From Camelus ferus (taxonomy: Eukaryota), in assembly GCF_009834535.1 (NCBI RefSeq), contig NC_045711.1, forward strand, positions 20,522,001 through 20,586,000: a stretch of DNA of 64,000 nt, written 5' to 3'. Under the pieces are notes generated by a model that was not told the origin of the DNA, searched no databases, and was given only the letters and a program-made list of their open reading frames with translations. Shown here in pieces: positions 58,400 through 64,000 of this stretch. The translations under genes and the position numbers were made by a program. The first letter of the stretch is position 1. Each line of letters opens with the position of its first letter.

Positions 58400-59218
58400 G
58401 CGGGCTTCGGCCGGGCCGGCCACGGGGGCCACGAGTCACGAGCCCCTCATGGCGCTACGGAGCCCTCCCGGGTGAGCGTGTGCGAAACGTCCGATATCCG
58501 CCAACAGTCGGAGCACGCGGGTGGAGAACCTGCGTGGACGGCGGCATCTCAGCCAGGAGCTCCCAGTGCCGAGACTCCCTGAAGCGGCTGGCGCTCCGGG
58601 CAGGGCGGCCGAACGCTAACCGTGTGGAAGGGGAAGGCTCGCGGCGCACGGACTCCGCTCCCGGAAGGGCCCCCTGGGCCGTCACCCGCGGACGACGGAA
58701 CGTTCGGCGGTCACTTCCGGGAGGCCAGGCGGCAGGGCCCGCTCGTCCCCGCGGAGCGACGGCGGCCTGCTTCCGGGGACGCGCCCGCGCCCGACAGACG
58801 CGCGTTCCAGCACCTCGCGGAAATGCCACGCCGCGCCCGCGTTCCGCGCGGGCCGCAGCGAAACCATGACACTGCCCGCCCCCTGAGTTCGCGGGCTGAC
58901 CCGTTGGGTCGCCTGGGACTGAAAAATGCCGGCGGCAAAAGGCGCAGAAGCCGCAGCCGGACGAGTGTCCGCACGCGTCCCGTCCGCCGCGCCGCCCACG
59001 CGGGATGCGCCCACGAGGCCAGCCCCGCAAGATGGCGGCAGCGCGCTCCCGGCAGCCCCTCCGCGCGCATGCGCTCTCCGCGGCCCGCCCGGCGCGAGCG
59101 GAAGTCGCTTGACCCCGGAAGTGGCGGGCCGGGAGCGCGCGGGCGGGGCGGCTACGTTCGTCATTCCGTGCGGGAGGGAGCACGAGAGCGGAGCGGTCGA
59201 GACTCCGGTGAGCGCTGG

Positions 59219-59250
<32 letters not shown>

Positions 59251-59900
59251 GGCGGGGCCGGCGGGTGGCCGCGGGGGAGGGGGCGGTGGCCGCGCCTTTG
59301 TTCTCCCCGCTCGCCCCGCCCTTCGCCCCAGCCGGTGGGATCTGCGCGGAGCGGGGGCGGGGGCGCGGGCGGCAGTGACAGCGGGCGGTGGCCCCGGCTC
59401 AGGGCGGGCCCACGTGCGGGGCCGTGGTGCGGGAGGCGTGGGCGCGGGCCCAGGAGGCGGGGGCGCGGGGCCGGGGGTGCGGCGCTGGGGGCCGGGGGCG
59501 GGGGGCGGTGCCAGTATCTTTGTGGTTGCCGCTTGTGCCCAGCAGCCCCCTCCCTGCCTTTTCGCGGTGGCCGGGGCCAGGCCGCACGCTCCGTCTCCTG
59601 GGCCTTGTGGTCCTTGCGCCCCACCCTGCGCGCCGCGCCCAGATTGCGGGCCGTGCGGAAGTGCGGGCCGCGGCGATCGCACTTGGAGGATCCTGTCGCC
59701 TTCGGCCGCGCTTGGGTGGCATTGGGGCGTGAACCTTCTAGAGGAATTCGAGAGGAAGCTGCGGGAGGCTTGGGAAAGCGGGCCGGCCCCACCCCGCTGC
59801 CGCGGCCGGGCGGCTCCGGGTTCCCAGTGGCCTTTTGTAAGATCTGGACCTTCCGCATGTCCCGGTTGCCAGACTGGACCTGTGGGGCAAAACCATTGAG
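58400..59900 (+). promoter_or_regulatory. ARHGDIA CpG-island promoter and non-coding exon 1 (donor CCG|GTGAGC at 59208): YY1 CAAGATGGCGGC (59028-59039), NRF1 GCGCATGCGC (59065-59074), two ETS CGGAAGT
   Basis: CpG density and motifs read directly. Confidence 0.8.
59222..59265 (+). repeat. (CGGGGCCGG)n GC-rich 9-mer repeat at the start of ARHGDIA intron 1
   Basis: Three perfect tandem units, a 4-nt interruption, then a fourth unit. Confidence 0.85.
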
Positions 59901-60839
59901 TATCTTTCTAGGCAACCAGTGGCCCTTACCCTCCTCCCGCACTGCTGGGTAGGGTCTTAGCAGGTTTTAGGTACTTTTCAGGGATTTTTGGGGGGTGGCG
60001 GTGCGAGGGTCATCCTTAGTGAAGGAAGCCCAGTGGCTGCTCCATGCACTGCTCCTCCTTTTGACAGCACTGCTCCAGGTTCTTCTGGGCCAGGGCCCAG
60101 AAGGAGGGTCTTGAGGCTACCACATGGTTGCAGCAATTCTCAAATTCTAGGCGGCAGATCATCACAATTGGAGATAAGCTTGGCAGACACTTAGGGTTCT
60201 TCTGCTATTTCAGGACTTAGCTGTGGGATTCAGGCTGGTCCTGTTATCTGACCACCAGGAGAGCCCTGTGTTTGCAGGCTGAGACAGAACCAATCTGTGT
60301 TCTGCACAGAGGGTTTGCATTGCAGCTAGGACAGGTCGTAAGGAGCATGGCTGGTCAGGGAAGCCTAGCAGGAGGAGTCCTTTGGAGTGAGGGCCTGGGC
60401 AGCTCAGAACAAGCAGCAGGGCTTGGTCCTGACCCTGCCTGGTGGGGCTGGGGTGCTGCAGCTTCCTGGGCAACAGAGGAGCTGTCACTGCTTTTCCCAA
60501 GGAGCAGGTTGCAGGTCCCATTTAGCCCTGGGTGTTGGACCTGGAGTGGACTCCCCTGAGGTGAACAGGGCAAGAAGGCAAGCGTGACCTCTTGAGTCGC
60601 AGGAGCCTGTGTGGGGATCCCTTGCGAAGTTCTGGCTGTCCTTGCCTTCCTGTTGCAGAAGATGCACCTCCCCTGGGGCCCACGTGGGGGCTTGGCCACC
60701 TGCACAGATCCAGCATGGCCTGCCTTGGCGGCGGCAGGACCTGCAGAGGGCGGGAAGGGGAGACGCTGTGGGTCTCTCCTGGCTGTCACAGCCCTTGCCA
60801 CCCAACCCGCAGGTGTCCCAGACGCAGCTAGAGGTGAGT

Positions 60840-61983
60840 ATGGCCGAGCAGGAGCCCACAGCCGAGCAGCTGGCGCAGATTGCAGCTGAGAATGAGGAGG
60901 ATGAGCATTCGGTCAACTACAAGCCCCCGGCCCAGAAGAGCATCCAGGAGATCCAGGAACTGGACAAGGACGACGAGAGTCTGCGCAAGTACAAGGAGGC
61001 CCTGCTGGGCCGCGTGGCCGTGTCCGCCGGTGAGTGGGCCCAGCCGGGGTGCACTGCACGGGTACCTGTCGCTTTCCCAGGTGTCCGCCACTGTTCCCCC
61101 GGCTGGTGGAGCCCTAACCTGCTGTCACTCCGCAGACCCCAACGTCCCCAACGTCGTGGTGACCCGCCTGACTCTGGTGTGTAGCAGTGCCCCGGGCCCC
61201 CTGGAGCTGGACCTGACAGGTGAGGGGCACTCCTGAGGTCGCTGACTGCTGCTGCGCGCCCTGCTGCGTCCCCTAAAAATAGTTTTTAGGAGTATGGGCG
61301 CCCTCTTGTGTGGAGCACAGGAAGTTCAGTCGTGTGGTCTTGCAAGGCACTGGCTTTGGAGTGACCTGGGGCTGGGGCTGGGGTGGCTTTCCCTGGCCCA
61401 TCCTCTTAGCGTGGCGTTCTTCTCAAACGCAGGTGATCTGGAGAGTTTCAAGAAGCAATCCTTTGTGCTGAAGGAGGGTGTGGAGTACCGGATAAAAATC
61501 TCTTTCCGGGTAAGGAGAGGTGCGGGGGGTCTGGGCTGCCTTGGGAGGGGCGGGGCGCCGGGGCTGGAGAGCCTGGCTGAGCTCCGCTCGGGGTGTCTCC
61601 TTGCAGGTGAACCGGGAGATCGTGTCCGGCATGAAGTACATCCAGCACACGTACCGGAAAGGCGTCAAAAGTGAGTGAGGGCGGGCCCAGCCCCGGGAGG
61701 GGAGTGGCCGCCCAGGGACTTGGGGATCGGGAGTGGGGAAGGCCCAACCCTGCTTCCTGACTGTCTCCTTCCTGGTACCGCAGTTGACAAGACTGACTAC
61801 ATGGTGGGGAGCTACGGGCCCCGGGCGGAGGAGTACGAGTTCCTGACGCCCATGGAGGAGGCGCCCAAAGGCATGCTGGCTCGCGGCAGCTACAACATCA
61901 AGTCCCGCTTCACAGACGACGACAGGACAGACCACCTGTCCTGGGAGTGGAACCTCACCATCAAGAAGGAGTGGAAGGACTGA
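60840..61983 (+). CDS. ARHGDIA: Rho GDP-dissociation inhibitor 1 (RhoGDI-alpha), 204 aa. Exons 60840-61029, 61136-61219, 61433-61509, 61607-61670, 61784-61983
   Basis: [57 protein letters not shown]...[14 protein letters not shown]. Exons sum to 615 nt. Confidence 0.98.
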
Positions 61984-63116
61984 TCCCCAGCCAGGAGGCG
62001 GGCGGACGGACGGACAGACGGACGTGTCCCACCCCACCCCCACCCCTCCCGACCCCAGACCAAAGTGCTGACAGGGCCCGGCCCACACCGCCACCATTCC
62101 CCGGGGCAGCCTCCTGCCGGCCCGTCCCTTCTCCTTCCTCCCAGCCCACAGGCCCCAGCCTCCTCAGTGGTCTCGTGTCGTTGCTGCTTCCGCCTGTGCT
62201 GTGGGGGGGGGCTCCAACCCAGGCCTCCACCTCCCCTTCTGTGTTCCTTAAGGTTCTCCCACTGTCCTGACCTGCCCCGAGGCCCTGGCTTTTTCGAGGT
62301 CTCAGGGTGTTCAGGTCCCTTGGGCCTTTGTGGTTGCCCTGACTCCCGATCTGTCTCCCCACCTTGGGGGTAGGGTGTACCATGGAGGGCTTTGTGCAGG
62401 GGTTGTCCTCAGCTTTCACTTCTCCCGGTCAGTCCACCCATCACTGTCAGTAACCGTCTAACCATGATGCCTTAACATGTGGAACGTGTGCCGTGGGGGC
62501 GTCACTAACCTCTAACCCTGTGTCTGCATGAGCATGTGGTCTCCCCCAGTCCCCACCCCGTCTGCAGTCCCTGAGGCCCAGGAAGGTGTGGGATGTGCCC
62601 CTGCTGCTCCCCACCTGCCAGGGCCTGGCCAACCCCCTTTCCTCAGCCAGGGCTTCGGGGACGGCTCCAGGGGCTTGGGAAAGCCAAATTGCCAAAACTC
62701 AAGTGGCCTCCAGTCCCACCTGGGAGGCTGGGTGACCTCACGCCTCTGCCTTCTCTGTCCCAGTGGGCAGTGCCTAGAGCCCCCAGACCCACCAGAGAGC
62801 CCTCGGCGGATACAGCCAGCGGCCGAGCCTTACTCGTCCCACCTGGGCCTCCCGGCCTGGAGTCGTGTGCCTGGCCTGTCAGTATTTATTGCCTCCGTAT
62901 GTGCCGTTCTCTGGGCCCGCCGGCCTGCTGCCTCTGTCCCCAGGCTCGGTGCCACCGTCCCCAGCAGGCCCTCCCCGGACCCAGACAGGACAACTGTGGG
63001 ACCAAGCTTGTACAGCTGGAGCTGTCCCCTGCCCCTCCCCTCCTGTCCCTTCCCCGGTCAGGCCCGGGCCTGGAACACACAGGAGCCTGTCCCTGCTTCT
63101 CCTTTTCTGACCGGGA

Positions 63117-63122
63117 AATAAA
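63117..63122 (+). terminator. ARHGDIA polyadenylation signal AATAAA
   Basis: AATAAA 1.13 kb after the stop codon. Confidence 0.8.
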
Positions 63123-64000
63123 AGTCCCCGTAAGGAGCCAGGGTGTGTGCCTCTCATCTCCTGGAGGGAGAAGGGGGAGCTGGGCCCTCTGTCTCTGCTG
63201 CCCTGGGGCACAGGGCACAGCAGGATGACCAGGGCGGGTGCAGCAGTCTCTGCCCCTGTGACTGAAGGAGAATGGCTTTAAAGTCCTTCCTCGGTCACAC
63301 CGGGCGGACCAGGCCGGTGCCGCCCTTTCGGCTGAGCACAGGTCCCGCAGGGGACGTGCAGGGCACAGTCAGGCCCCCAGCCTCCTGGGGCGTCCAGTGC
63401 CCGGGGCGGGCTCCTGCGTCCTTGGGCACTGAGTCTCTGGGAGGAAGTACCCCCCAACCCAAGAGAAGGGAATCCTTGCTGGAGGCTTGGGAGCCCCACA
63501 AGAGGCAGGACTCAGGCACAAATAGAATGACTGGGTCCCAAAGGATCCCACAGCAAGGACTCCAAGCCGGCAGGAGTGTGGAGGGGAAGTTGGTGCCATG
63601 GGCCGCAGGGCCAGCGGAGAGGGTGACGTGGGAGGCCAGCCAACCCCAGCACTCAGTACTGCTGGGCAGGGGCAAGGGTCCAAGGCTGGAATTGACAAGG
63701 TCAGGGGCTGGGAGGAGACCGGGACCCTCGCTGCACAGAGGAGCAGTAGAGTGCTGGGGTAGGGGGGCCTGAAGGGCTGCCAGGTTCCGTGCATGCCCCA
63801 GAGGCGGTCCTGCTGACCAATGGGTCTCTAGGACCTCAGGGTGGCAGGAACAGTGCTGCCCCCTCTTTGAGCACCACCCCCAAGAGCCCCCAGTAAGATG
63901 CCACCTCCCCAGCCCCTAAACAGGAAAGGGCCCATGGGAAACTCCAGCTCCAGTCAGTCTGTTCAGGAAACCCCCTTTAATAGCTTCATGCTGGTTGCGG

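Noticed and set aside
58449-58477. Upstream ATG plus strong donor CGG|GTGAGC as an alternative ARHGDIA first exon
   Set aside because: Splicing to exon 2 gives only a short out-of-frame uORF. Such motifs are common in CpG islands.
58455-59942. 495-aa (-) and 425-aa (+) ORFs over the ARHGDIA CpG island
   Set aside because: Stop-poor GC-rich sequence, R/P/G/A-biased, with no homology signal.

Overview
Mammalian, GC-rich, gene-dense genomic DNA syntenic to human 17q25.3, in reverse orientation relative to the human reference. Two tRNA-Ala-derived SINEs with the camelid-type tail suggest a camel or alpaca genome. Gene order: MYADML2(+), PYCR1(+), MAFG(+), SIRT7(+), PCYT2(+), NPB(-), ANAPC11(-), ALYREF(+), ARHGDIA(+). 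I reconstructed every coding exon by hand from splice sites and reading frame. Four N-gaps hide part of PYCR1 and MAFG coding sequence, part of the MAFG promoter and the ALYREF 3'UTR. An LTR/LINE/SINE-rich interval lies between ALYREF and ARHGDIA. The long GC-rich ORFs in the six-frame track are mostly shadow ORFs. I found no new protein family, CRISPR array, rRNA or intact mobile element. The most notable observations are at RNA and regulatory level: (1) a +1 insertion creating a premature stop in SIRT7 exon 5, probably an assembly artefact; (2) a candidate NMD poison exon in the last SIRT7 intron; (3) a U12 minor-spliceosome intron splitting the PCYT2 HIGH motif; (4) very tight MAFG-SIRT7-PCYT2 packing whose exon phases allow in-frame read-through chimeras; (5) a 93-bp, ~95% identical duplication between ALYREF intron 2 and an LTR 6.5 kb away; (6) MARE/ARE autoregulatory sites in MAFG. 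Comparisons to human, mouse and bovine proteins and to repeat consensuses are from memory, not from database searches.
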